Counted from the first letter of the stretch, positions 49,350 through 61,964 are shown. The stretch: 64,000 nt of DNA from Microthyrium microscopicum (GCA_010405405.1 MU004234.1:292993-356992); one strand, 5' to 3'. Notes: a model not told the origin generated them from the letters alone. Numbers and translations are program-made.

Positions 49350-50573
49350 ATGAGTAGCACTGAATCAATTCTTGGTGGTCCTGGTGTGGAGGATGCGCCA
49401 AAGGGCGAGACGGATGGACCGGTAGTCCCTTCGGCGCAGGCATTTCCTGATGGTAATTATTCAATTCGCGCTATGTGTTCTTGTCACTGCTAATTGGCTA
49501 TAGCGCCGTGGACGAGAGCACACACGGATGAGCGACATGGTGTTCGGATGCCACAAACAATTGCGCATCGGGGATACAAGGCCAAATTTCCAGAAAATAG
49601 CATGGCTGCATTTCGTGGTGCGGTAGAGGTTGGCACTCATGCGATAGAGACGGACGTGCATTTGAGTAAGGATGGCGTGGTTGTTTTGTCACATGTAAGT
49701 TTTTCGCTGCTGTTGAGGTCGCTCTGTTTAATGGTTGTACAGGATCCAACTATATCCAGATGTTTTGGCAAGCCGGACAAGATCATTGATTTGGAGTGGA
49801 GTTATCTCAAAACGCTTCGTACTACTGCAGAGCCTCATGAACCATTGCCGCTTCTGTCGGACCTTCTGGAATACCTTGCGGAACCGGGAAACGAAAAGCT
49901 ATGGCTTCTCTTGGATATCAAGGTTGGCTTTTTGACACAAAGGCAGTCGCAATTTACTGATTATTATAGCTCGACAACAATGCTGATGATGTAATGCGAT
50001 TAATTGGTGAAGTCATTTCGCAAGTCGCTCCCGCTAAAGATCGGCCGTGGAACCAGCGGATCACGCTTGGTGTCTGGGCGGTTAGTTTAAATCCTCGAGT
50101 CTTTGGTGTTGTCGAGTATCTAACAACTCCAGGCAAACTTCGTACCTCTGTGCGACAAATACCTGCCCGGATTCTCAATATCTCACATCGCCTTCTCCAC
50201 CAATTATGCCAGACAATTCTTTCCGGTGCGCAATGCGTCTTTCAACATCCTCCAAAATTCCATGATGGGTGTAATTGGTGGCGCCTTTCTTCGCAAAACC
50301 CAACGACTTGGTCGACCACTTTACTCATGGACAGTCAACGAGCCAAAGCGCATGGAATGGTGTATCAAGAAACAGCTTGATGGAGTCATCACAGATGATC
50401 CTAGGCTGTTCCTAGAAGTGTGCAAAAATTGGTCGCCAAGCAGTCCGAAGCCGTCGTTCAGTTTCAAGGAGTGGTATTCGATAATGAAGTTCCAAGTGCT
50501 TACGACGGTCTATGGAATTTACTTTAGATGGAAGTTCGGTTATGGGGTGGAGCGAAAGTACAGGCTTACTTAG
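49350..50573 (+). CDS. PGC1: Glycerophosphodiester phosphodiesterase family, phosphatidylglycerol phospholipase C (Pgc1-like)
   Basis: Exons 49350-49452, 49504-49694, 49743-49922, 49970-50080, 50133-50573. AHRGYKAKFPENS, ETDVHLSKDG, SHD, LLDIK, WTVN, DGVITDDP. Confidence 0.85.
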
Positions 50574-50995
50574 AGCATAGTAGATTAGATGATTGCACGA
50601 TAGGAATGCTATACCAAATCTCACGACCATGGTGGTGTTTCAAGGATCAGGACTTTTGTTTTTGTTGTTCTTATTTGGCTCATAAACTAACTGGTACTTC
50701 AAGATTTGAAATTGAGCTTCATCAGGCTGAATTGTGGCTTAGATCAAGCGGCGCGTCCACGTGGACCTGCAGGCTCAGCCCAGGTGCAGATAGCAATAAT
50801 AGGTAGCTGAGGTCCAACTTCATCCGACCCTTCTGCTCTTCAGTCTTCACACCTTATCCTTTTTGCTTTATGTAACCCGACATCTCTGACGCGAAAAGGA
50901 ATACTACCAACGAGAGAGGTGAGAGTTTGGACGAGAATTATCGGCGGCATCGAGCACTGGGACTTGGTAACAATCACTGATTAGCCGGCCTCACA

Positions 50996-53428
50996 ATGAC
51001 AACGCACGATAATGGAAATCGCTGTGTGTCTAAAGAGCCTCGCAGTGCCTCGGATACTCCAAAACGATGCGTTGTTTGTCATTTTCAACTACCGCAAGAT
51101 GTGGGGCCGCTCATCCTCCAGCCTCCTTCGCGTTGGAAGCTGGGCATTAATGATCGACGACGAAGGCAGCGCGGAGGAGTCGTGGATGACCTGGATAATA
51201 AAGTGACTGTTAGCGATCTCTGGGATGCAGATTCTCAAGAAGTTTCCTTCTCGCCTCGGCTGGGCCTGTACGGCTTTGGTCGCACGCAAGCTACTACAAG
51301 AGCGTCACAAAAACGGACACTAGATATCATCCTGCTCTCATCCAAACGCGGATGTCTCGTTTGTGAAACTATCCACAAGCTTCTGAGCCAGCCAAGCCAA
51401 CACGGCCTGTTAGAATATTCATCTTACCAACCTCTTGCCAGATTATATGAGCCCCATTGTCTGTTCGAGCTGGTGTGCTCGCGAGAAGAACGTATGCGCT
51501 ATATATATGACTAGTTGGTTACTGCTCGCTGAAATAAATAGATCACCCCTTCGAGATTCCAGCGCGACAGTTACCAAACTTTACATGGAGCCCAGCGAGT
51601 ATCCTCTTCGCCAAAGATTGCCTTCGGGAGTGCAGTACAAGACATGATCATTGTGGGTCGCTCAAAGCCCGCTCACATCCTACACGCCTCTTGCAGCTCT
51701 CAAGGACGCCATGCGGAGATGATAATTCGAAGACCGTCGTTATATTACGGGAAAACGTTCCAGACGATGAAACATATGCGTGTCTCTCCTACTGTTGGGG
51801 AAAAGGCCCTTTGCCTCTTCGACTGGTCCATGATAACAGGGCTCTATTTGAGGAGGAAATTCCACAGGCCCTCATACCACCACTTTTCAAGGACGCGATA
51901 TCGGCGGTACTAGACCTTGGTCTGAGATATTTGTGGATCGACGCCCTTTGCATCATACAGGATGATGATTTAGACTGGAAATCTGAATCCGTGGCAATGC
52001 GTACCACTTTCGAGCATTCGGCTATAACCATCGCGGCCACGAGTGCCCATAGCAGCCATGAACGATTGTTTTCGGAACCTTTGCCTCCATTCTTGGGCCT
52101 GAAAGTTGAAACTACGACAGGTTTACAAATCGTTCGGCTTCCCTACGTTCACTGTCCACCAGAAACAACAAAAGAACGGAGACACGCCGATTTTCCGCTG
52201 ATCAATCGGGGATGGGTCTACCAGGAGAGGATTCTTTCCCCACGAACGCTACATTTCATGAAGAACGAGATCGTCTGGGAATGTCGACAGCTCCACGATT
52301 GTTTTTGTAGCGGTTCCAACGCTTCCTACTACGCCTCTCGCGGTATCCTACAAGCCAAGACCAGTTTATTTTCACCGGCAAAACGAAGTGAGGCTCGAAA
52401 AGTGTTTAAGGGCTGGAGAGACCATCTCGAGAATTACACGGCTCTTGATTTATCGTACCAGAAAGACCGGATGGTAGCCATAGCTGGCCTCGCCAAACTC
52501 CATGCCCAAACACATGAACATATATGTGGACGTTATCTTGGAGGAATGTGGGAGGGCACAACTCACTACAACTACAACCTTGACGAGGACTTGCTCTGGG
52601 CAGTCATTGACTGGAAAGACTCCATGGCCATAAACCGCATTCCTAGGCCGCGTCCAATGGTAAGAATCTCCGCCTTAAACCATCATCAGTCCTAGCCTTT
52701 GTCTACTTGTAATATGCTACAATGCTTCCATAACGAGAAAGTAGTATAGGCGTTTTAGCCAATTAGCAACATAGTACTACTAGTACTGTGGTTACTGGGC
52801 TAAACATACGTGCTAAACAACACGACTATTCACATCAGGACTTTACACTAACAAGACCCAGCTCGCCCCGTCGTGGTCATTTGGCTCAGTCGCTCAGAGA
52901 ATCATTTTCTTATCGGTAAATGGAGAGCATAATGCATTCGGCATTTCGCGATGTGAGGTTGTTGTTCCCGAGGGAGGTGACCAATTCGGCCAATTAGCGG
53001 GTGGTCATATGGAAGCGCAAGGCGAGTTGGTGCCGGGCACTATACACTTCGACTCTGCGCATGAGAAGCTTTGGAATGAGCGAGTACAACGTACAACTGA
53101 TTACGATCGTGCTCATAGGTTTGTGGGGTGGGCAAAGCCGCCTTTGAATTCCGGTTGGCGATTGCATGTGCAACATCCTAACAAAACGGTTATGTTTCTA
53201 CCTGACTATGATTATAGCAACCCAGGCGAAGACTTTGTTGCCACGCATGCTAAGGTTTTTTGCTTGAAGGTTGCATTAACAACTGTTACGCGGGAAACCA
53301 TTTGTTTAGTTCTCCGAAAAGTGGATGGTAGCGATAGGATCTATCAGCGTATTGGCATTTGTGTGCTCGACCGGACTAGAGAGGACTTACATTCCTTCGA
53401 AAAGCAAGTTCAGCTTACCATAATCTAA
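50996..53428 (+). CDS. HET (heterokaryon incompatibility) domain protein
   Basis: Exons 50996-51491, 51542-52659, 52862-53428 join in frame. C..H..C..PTRLL, YACLSYCWG, YLWIDALCIIQDD, RGWVYQERILSPR, DRMVAIAGLA, YLGGMW, APSWSF. Confidence 0.92.
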
Positions 53429-53797
53429 AATCAAATAGAGCAAGATAGGTCATTAAGCCGTCAATCTATACCTTCCTTTATTAGCCGCGAGGAAGTACAT
53501 TTGAATCAGTCCTACCTCATTGTCTACAGAGCACAGAAATGGTAAAGTTCTCGTGGCCTTCTTCTGTTGACAAAATAAATGGTACGCTCCCATTGCGTGT
53601 GATGTCTACCATCGACTTCGCTCTGAATGCGCTGGCATCGAGGCATATGTCCGGTAAGGTGTGATGGGAGGATATTATCTGGCGGAAAGACTGCCTTGTT
53701 GTTGGGATTGCTCGATATTGTACTCTGATACTGGTTCCTGTTAGGTACACCGTACGCGGGTAGTAAGTTATCGTAGTGAAGAGGCCGCACACTGTGT

Positions 53798-53832
53798 CGC
53801 GCTTGCGGCTCGACGCGCTAAGCGCGACGCGA
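53798..53832. promoter_or_regulatory. Cluster of CGCG (MCB-like) boxes upstream of gamma-tubulin
   Basis: tcgcgcttgcggctcgacgcgctaagcgcgacgcga: four CGCG cores within 35 bp, about 70-105 bp before the ATG. MBF-type control is inferred. Confidence 0.5.
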
Positions 53833-53903
53833 TGTTTGGTGTGGGGCATGACAACCTCAGATATCCTCTTACTCCAACCATACAGTAGCAGACCAAAATC
53901 AGG

Positions 53904-55442
53904 ATGCCGCGGTAATTACTACCTGAATCGACCTGAGCCATTCCATGCTGACTGATAGGCAGCGAGATAATAACAATACAAGCTGGCCAATGCGGCAACA
54001 GCAGTACAGTTTCTCTCGACTATGAGCGAAAACAAGCTAACCATGCGCGCTTTAGTCGGCAGCCAATTTTGGCAGCAACTCTGTCAGGAACACGGAATCT
54101 CGCAAGATGGAAACCTGGAAGATTTTGCGACCGAAGGTGGAGATAGAAAAGACGTGTTCTTTTACCAATCGGACGATACACGATACATCCCACGCGCCAT
54201 ACTTTTAGATCTCGAACCCCGCGTCCTCAATGCCATCCAAACAGGCCCTTACAAAAACATCTACAATCCAGAGAACTTCTTCATACATAAGTCTGGCACA
54301 GGCGCAGGCAACAACTGGGCCGCAGGGTATGCCATGGCCGAATCTGTCCAGGAAGATGTAATGGACATGATCGATCGGGAAGCTGATGGCAGCGATTCAC
54401 TAGAAGGCTTTATGCTTTTACACTCAATTGCAGGTGGAACAGGATCTGGCATGGGCAGTTTTCTACTGGAACGATTGAATGATCGCTTTCCCAAGAAGAT
54501 CATACAAACATACTCTGTGTTCCCAGATACTCAAGATTCTGGCGATGTCGTCGTCCATCCCTACAACAGTCTCCTCTCAATGCGCCGGCTGACAGAAAAT
54601 GCCGACTCCGTTGTGGTTCTCGACAATGGTGCTTTATCGCGCATCGCTGCTGATCGTCTACACGTTCAAGAGCCTTCCTTCCAGCAAACAAATCAGCTTG
54701 TCTCCACCGTGATGAGCGCCAGCACCACAACCCTTCGGTACCCAGGCTATATGCACAACGATCTTGTCGGAATAGTCGCCTCGCTCATCCCCACACCACG
54801 CTGTCATTTCCTCATGACCTCATACACGCCCTTCACCGGCGACAACGTTGAGCAAGCGAAAACAGTCCGAAAAACGACTGTGCTGGACGTAATGCGCCGT
54901 CTCCTTCAGCCTAAGAATCGCATGGTCAGCACGAATCCAAGCCGAACAAGCTGCTACATCTCCATCCTCAACATCATCCAAGGCGAAGCAGACCCCACCG
55001 ACGTATGTTCTCCCAACGCTTCCATCTGTCGCCCCACTAACATCCCCAGGTCCACAAATCCCTCCTCCGAATCCGCGAACGCCAATTAGCAACTTTCATC
55101 CCCTGGGGTCCAGCCTCAATCCAAGTCGCCCTGACCCGCAAATCACCCTACATGCCCTCCTCACATCGCGTATCAGGTCTCATGCTCGCCAACCATACCG
55201 GTATCGCCACGCTATTCCGCAAAATTGTCACTCTCTACGATCGCATGCGTAAACGCGGTGCATATCTGCAAGAATATAAGAAAGAGGCCCCCTTCGCCGA
55301 TGGTTTAGGTGAATTCGATGAAGCGAGACAGGTGGTGATGGACTGTGTGCAAGAATATGAAGACGCGGAACGAGAAGATTATCTCACCCGGGACGTGAAA
55401 GGTGGCGCGGAGAGGGCAGAGGAGGATGAACGGGTTAGGTAG
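53904..55442 (+). CDS. mipA: Gamma-tubulin
   Basis: Exons 53904-53911, 53963-54003, 54056-55002, 55050-55442. [55 protein letters not shown]. Confidence 0.98.
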
Positions 55443-55475
55443 AAACTAGATCCAAGTGAAAAGCCGAGGTTAAAA

Positions 55476-55936
55476 ATGCATTGGAGGCAAGGAAAGAGAC
55501 CTGTAATTGAGCTGTGGCGCGATGGAACGTATGGAGCATATGAGTTTGGAACTGGAAAGGCTGTTAGTCGTGATGAACGTGTAAGTTTCTCCCTAGACCG
55601 CTCGACTTTTCTGGGTTTTATGGCGAGAACTCGATATTGCTAGAGCACTCGAGTGTGATTGGAGCCATCGAGTGTGGTGGGCGTTGATGGTGGAAATCTC
55701 CTATGAGCTTTTCCTTGCATACGTGTTGAAAATAACGCATGATTGTAATTTAACGCTGACAGTTATAGGGTTCGTGGAAGAACGATGAGGATAAAAACCC
55801 AGAAGAGGAGGACGAGGATGATTCGACCTGCGATACCATTATTAAAACGAGTCCGAAGAAATCAGATGATGATGCGCAAATTCCCCCAGTCCACACCTCA
55901 TCCGTCCACCGAGAATTCCAGTCATCAGAGAAATGA
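55476..55936 (+). CDS. Small spliced ORF, in frame with and just downstream of gamma-tubulin
   Basis: ATG 55476, donor GTAAGT 55581, branch GCTGAC about 55755, acceptor TAG 55768, acidic second exon to TGA 55934-55936. Confidence 0.4.
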
Positions 55937-56407
55937 CTATCAACGTCAAAAACAAGCTGACCAACTTCGAACAGCCGAACTCATCGGAGACGGTGCGTGG
56001 TTATCTCCAACCGCTGCCGGCGTGATGGCGCATCATAAAAAAGGGTAATGGAACAACGCGACATGAAGGACAATGCGCTGGCCTATATTTTTATTGAAGA
56101 GCATAGGTAATGTTAGCAAAGCTTTAATTTGTATTATATGCAATGATTAAACAACAAGACAATTACATCCCCGATCTACTCTAGTAGCGAGTGTGTTTAT
56201 GTCCAATGTAGCCACACTACTACGGTTACGATGACCGCCGATTGCGCCCAGGAAATTCAGAAAATCAGAAGACCCAGCCCTCGCTATGCTTTAAATCTTA
56301 GCCCATTCCGCATAGTATAATATTAGTAAGCCTCGCACCAGCGGGTTCATACATTATAATAAGTGTGTCCACCGTTCAGCCATCCCATCATGGTTGAAAG
56401 CTTGGGC

Positions 56408-58026
56408 TCATTGGAGCTTACTTGCGCCAGCGGTCGCATGTCCATTCATGCGTTGAATCTTCTTCATTCGTTCCAACTCCTCGCGTCTCTCTTCCTCTTC
56501 TTCACTATCATATTCACTGCGCTCATCGACTTTTTCCTCGCCCATCGTGCGCAGAATCCGGTAGAGGACGCGGAAGATTAGGTATAGCCAGAACACATTC
56601 ACGGCTTGAAGGGCGGCGAGCAGACCAAACGTGATCCAATGGCTGATCCAGCATTTATATTGCTGAGTCACCCAATTGAGCGTGTAAGGTCCAATGCTTG
56701 CGAATGGGGCGGCGGGCCAGGGACCGTTTATGAAGGTTGTTAGACGTGCGCCGAGGGATGGGCTGATTTTGGAAATGAATGAGAGCGCGGGTGAGAGGGT
56801 ACTGGCGAAGATAGAGTAGGCGTTCGAGATGTGGGCGGTGATGTGGTCGGGGAAGGGAGATGGGAGAGGAAGTAAAGAGGCGAGGATGCGGAGGTTTTGG
56901 TAGTGCCGGAGGTATGTCCACGCGCCCATGAAGAAGACGAAGTAGGGGATTACGAAGGCGGAGTCGATGTAATTGAGTACCTTGGAGGTCTGGCCGATGT
57001 TAGTCTAACTTCAGTAGTCATGTGTAGGAGGTACTTACGGCGAGGAAGAAGTCAGAAATGTCGTGTGTTATATACACAGGCAATCCCATTCGCGTAAAGT
57101 GAAAACGATAGCTGAGCCAAATCAAGCTGAGTGTAATGATGTGGTGCATAACCAGCTCTTTAAAGTCCTTTCGTGGTCTTTCGAGCATCAATAACAGCAC
57201 AATTGCTTGTTGGGCCCAGTAGCTAGCCTGGAGGAGATAATATGCCTTGAAAAGCGCGTCATGCGTGTAATGCGGGAAGCCTTCGTACATGGCATTGGCA
57301 TTGAAAAACCAGAGATCGGTACGGCTCATAACATATAGTCCAAAAGGTCCAAAGACCGCAAAGTATATCGCGGTATAGGCTTGTTCCATGAAACGCGACT
57401 GCTTTGCGCGCGTCTTCATGCCATATCCAATTGCCATGGGGCGGAGCAGGCGTTGCATAAAGAATTCGCGAGTGAAGGTAAGGAAGACTGTGTAGAATGC
57501 CACAAAGGCGAAATCCATTCGTCCTTTGCCATATTGTATTGGAGCGTCTGGGTCTGCTCCTTTCTCAGGCTGAATGGGGTATGATAGAAAGATTGCTGGA
57601 TAGACGGGGTTCGATGGTGTTGGCTTCGCTAGGTATACGCTCACGATCGAAAGGCAGACAACTAAAGGATAAAACCACGTATGCTTCATTCCAAATGCCC
57701 ACATGCGTTTATGGAGCGGTTTGTCTCGTTTCCGCTTCGATCGTCTGCGGTCTGATGGTGACTTGGTGATCTAATCTCGTTAGCATTGTGTCTGCGCGCG
57801 TCAATGGCAGACATACGGGACTCGATATTGGAGTATCTATATTGTTTGAGGGCGGCGATTGATCATATAGCGTTGCAAGAGATGGTCCTCCAGTGTCCCC
57901 TCTAGGGTCGCCTTGAAGGTTCGATGTTTTGCGATGTGGGCGTAACCGCGGAACTTCCGAATGCGATTGTGCTCGAAAGTCGGAGGTGACCGCCGGATCG
58001 ATATCGGGGAACGGTTCAGTGGCCAT
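56408..58026 (-). CDS. LAC1: Ceramide synthase (TLC domain, Lag1/Lac1 family)
   Basis: Exons 58026-57817, 57770-57039, 56989-56408. RFMEQAY; Lag1 motif RKDFKELVMHHIITLSLIWLSY..HDISDFFLATSKVLNY; DERSE. Lag1 vs Lac1 orthology is not resolved. Confidence 0.92.
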
Positions 58027-58493
58027 GATGACAGCTGAAGCACTTGGTGGATATGGCGATAAGTGGTTGTTGTGGAGAAGTAAGAATTGGCGAAGACGCG
58101 ATGTAAATTGCCAAAATTTAGGGGAAGAAACGCACGGACTGCGCAATGTCGTGAGATCGAATCACGGCAAAGACTAAAGTTTAGTCAGATTTCCTCCAAC
58201 CGACTTCATACTCTAGTAGAAATATCAAGTTCTTTTCCGACCATAAGCATTCAATTGTTGGGGTCGTTGAGTCTAAAATCAAGCTGCATAGCTACTGGAT
58301 TCCCCACATCACCATGCATGGGAGGTTCCCGCCGCTTCCGGGGATACCGCATCATTTTCTAGGGGAATCACCACCAGCATTCAAGAGTAAGGTCATGATC
58401 GAGAGTCATGCGTTGAAATCATATCATAAAATTACAGACTAGTAAGGTCCCGTTATGCAAGCTCATATCATTATCGTACAATTAATCCCAGCT

Positions 58494-59492
58494 CTAGGCA
58501 TCTAATGCCTTATCCTTCTTGCTTCCGATGTGGAGCTTCTCCTTAATCTTGTCCATCTTGCTAACCTTGCCCGGAGTACCTGATGGGTTGGCAGCGGGTT
58601 CAGGTTCAGAACCGGGAGCAGCAGCCTTTTCCTTGTGAACGCCCTTCTCTTCCAGAAGACCTAGGAGTCGTTAGCTGATGTCTACAGATGGACCTCGAGT
58701 GTACTTACGGTTTGCTTCGGATCCAGCACCAGGCTTGGTAGCATCAAAATCACCACCATCGGCCGCCAAGCCAGAAGCTTTTACGACTTGCTCGCCGGTG
58801 CCCATTGTCTTGCCATGAGGATTGCCGCCCTCCTGTGAGACACTAGCACTACGATCCTTTTTTCCCTCTTTTGGAGCGGCATCATCGCCGGCCTCCTCCT
58901 CCTTCTTCTGTGCACCACCACCGTGCATGTGGATTGGCTCACCAGAGTGATCATTAGGATCCTTTGGAAATTCACCGCCACTCATAACGAGCTCTTCGCG
59001 TTCTTCATCGGTATGAGGAATCTTAGGTCCCTTCTTCTTATCTTCAGGTGAATCGTGTGGGTTGGCAGCGCCTTGTTGTTTGGCTTCTGGTGCTTGACCA
59101 GATTTTGGATCTCCTGTTTCTTGACCGCTGACTGCTTCAGATGGACCTGATCGGTTTTCGGCAGATGTGTCGACACCAGAGGTAGGTGGGTTGTTGATTG
59201 CGGGCTTGCCAGTGGTGGTTGGGGTGGTGTCTGTGGTAGTGCTTGTGGTAGTGCCTGTGGAATGTTAGCTGTTGTCAAAATACTTGCTATGCGGAGCAAT
59301 GGGTTGGTGTGTACCTGTAGTGCCTGTTGTGCTGTGCTCTTCGTTGCCCTTGTCGAATGGTTCGTTGACGGTGCCGGCGCCTTGCTGTCCTGAGACGGGC
59401 TCAGTACTGTTTTCAGTACTGTTTTCAGCATTAGCACCTTCCCCCCAGATGGCCTTGGAGGCGTACGCGGCGACGTTGTTGACTGTTTCCAT
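58494..59492 (-). CDS. Hydrophilin-like Gly/Thr-rich conserved fungal protein
   Basis: Exons 59492-59315, 59254-58709, 58660-58494. METVNNVAAYASKAIWG, EPVSGQQGAGTVNEPFDKGN, GLAADGGDFDATKPGAG, DKIKEKLH. Confidence 0.85.
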
Positions 59493-59589
59493 GATGATAT
59501 GAGTTTGGTTTTGAAGAGAGAGGTAAGGTAGTAAGTTTCTAAGGTGTATGTCTTGGGTTTGTTTGTAAATTGGTCTAACAGTGGTACAG

Positions 59590-59849
59590 AGGGGAGTATT
59601 TAAGGTGCAGGCAATGGGCTTGGTCAAGGCAATGGTGGGATAGAGTTGGAGGAAATGACGTGTGGAGGATACTAGTCCTTGGTCTAGCTCACAAACTCAT
59701 CGATAGGCTTGATAGGGCCATGTGGGAGATCAGCGGATGAAAAGTCGGCTGGTACACATTTGACTGGTTGATGCCACTTTATGCCCCCATGGATCCATGC
59801 AACTTGCCTATTCCCTTGGTGTTGACTACCAGAAACACCAGTGACGTCA
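59590..59849 (-). promoter_or_regulatory. Stress-type promoter elements (STRE, CRE) upstream of the hydrophilin-like gene
   Basis: AGGGG 59590-59594, TATA-like TTAAATA about 59597-59603 on the minus strand, TGACGT 59657, full CRE TGACGTCA 59842-59849. Confidence 0.45.
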
Positions 59850-60536
59850 GCCCTCCACCAACCAACATCACGCGTATCGGGTTGTTGTTGCGGAATCATC
59901 TCCTTGCAAATAAATCCTGCGACTTCACTCTAACCAATTGCGACATCTACAAGTCTTGAACATTGCAATGGTGGTTCAAGGGTAATTCTTGATCACTGGT
60001 AGTGATCATACTTACTATGTACCATGCGTATGTATGTTTGCGGCGGGTGAAGACTACCAGCAGAAACATTGTGATAGCACCAGGTACATATTATTATTGA
60101 CCTATTATTCACTAGTGACCCTACAGTCCGGTCCATTCTCTTTAGCACGTTTACAACCTTGTCCAAACTTTAGTTGCATAAACTGGCGGGAAAGGCGACT
60201 TCCTTCGGAGTAAATTCCTACAGCTATATTGGCAATGCTGATGACATAACTTTTACATCGAGCATTTTTCAAAATCATTTCTGATTTTCATTTTCCTAAC
60301 GGATATGATATTAAGGTCGGATATGATATTGAGACTCCAAACAGTCTTTAGGAAAAGCATAATGTGTATGCTTGGAAACACCCTCTCCAAATATACGTAC
60401 TCTATCTTCGATGCCAACAAGTATCGCACGAAATAGTATGTCTGAGTATCAACCACTGATTATGATCAAATATCTTGAATTGCTCGAATTTTCTACCCCA
60501 GATTGATTCAAGCCAAGTTCACAAGTAAATCGAACG

Positions 60537-61232
60537 TCAACTATCATCCCTTAACTGTCTCTCAATCCCATCCATAATAACCCCAAACAACCCCGTAACA
60601 TCCCGCATAGAATCAATCAACAACACATCCCTCTCCTCCCCCTCCGGTTCCTCAATATCCATCATCTTCTGCTCCATAATCCTCCTCGCCAACTCCGGCT
60701 CCTCAGCTCCCAACGTCCGTCCAGATAACGTCTCCTTTGAAATACCCATAATGACAAAAATCGGCCTAATCCCGTTCCCCAACATAACCTCCTGAATCGC
60801 CTCCCGTGCCGGCCTCCTCATATGACTTACCGTCAATACTGCCGTACACCCTTCCAAACCTCCTCCCATGCCCATACCTACTTTCCTAGGTGCGTAGACT
60901 TTCGGCACATTCGTCCTGGGTATATACGTTCTCGGCGCATCAATCCCTGATTCTCCATCGCTCTCATTCCCATCAGACAGAAAGCCTAGTCGACGCAGTT
61001 TCGAGAACCAGATACGGCCAAAGGTTTTGCTGTAGTCGTAGCCGCGGGACGCTTGCGAGCGCGAGGCGATTGTTGTGGCGGCTTGGACCATGTCTGCTTC
61101 TATGTAGGGGCATTGGAGGGCTTGGGAGAGGGAGATGGCGAGGGTTTCTTTGCCGGTTACGTGGGTTCCTGAGAGGAGGACTACGTAGGATGATAGGGGC
61201 GTGGTTGGTTTTGGGGGTGGGGAATTGCACAT
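60537..61232 (-). CDS. P-loop small-molecule kinase-like protein (gluconokinase-like fold, divergent)
   Basis: VVLLSGTHVTGKETLA Walker-A-like, YIEAD, and C-terminal IEEPEGEERDVLLID. Intronless. Confidence 0.65.
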   Translation of the reverse strand: MCNSPPPKPTTPLSSYVVLLSGTHVTGKETLAISLSQALQCPYIEADMVQAATTIASRSQASRGYDYSKTFGRIWFSKLRRLGFLSDGNESDGESGIDAPRTYIPRTNVPKVYAPRKVGMGMGGGLEGCTAVLTVSHMRRPAREAIQEVMLGNGIRPIFVIMGISKETLSGRTLGAEEPELARRIMEQKMMDIEEPEGEERDVLLIDSMRDVTGLFGVIMDGIERQLRDDS

Positions 61233-61964
61233 TTTGATATGATTGATGGGTGAGGATGAGAGGTGGTGACGCTAATGGTGTGGTATGTAGTTGGTGTGGC
61301 TAGTCACTGAGGCTTTTCTTTGGAAATAGGCTCTTGAATGTAGTTCTGAATCTGGCGAATTGTTTTGTATTTCTTTATCATGGTTTTGTTCGAGTTTGGA
61401 GGATTCATGATAGATTGGTCCGCCTCGTAATAAAATAAAGCTGCCAGGCTGCCGTATATAAACCCCTGTTCGGTACTGTCGATCTCTATTTTTATTCCAA
61501 CGGTTGGTTCTACAAGTCTTCAGGGTGAAATGTCTTGAATTTAATTCATTTTGAGAGTCCAACAAATATTCTGTCCAGACCTTTGCAGCTTTTCAGTTAC
61601 GGTTGTTCAATGGACTTTCATCAATGCGAATCTCACATGAGAGTTGATAGTAAAAAACATGTCCTCTGGCATCTTTCAGCATTTCCATAAATAGAAATAG
61701 TTCAAAACGCTCGATTCTGACTATTGAATTGTTATTATCGATTTCGGTCTATCCCATCTTATTGGTGCAGTGTTGTGGCCCACCTGAATCAAAACTTCAG
61801 ACAGGGTCTAACTTCATCTCGTCATACTCTATGACGAGATATTTATGTGCATCACTGGCCAAAGAACACATATAAATATCGAACCTCACTTCATACAGCT
61901 ATTTTTCATAAGTTATTCGTGCTAAATACCGAGTACAAAATTACAAGTAACCGATTCAACGAAC

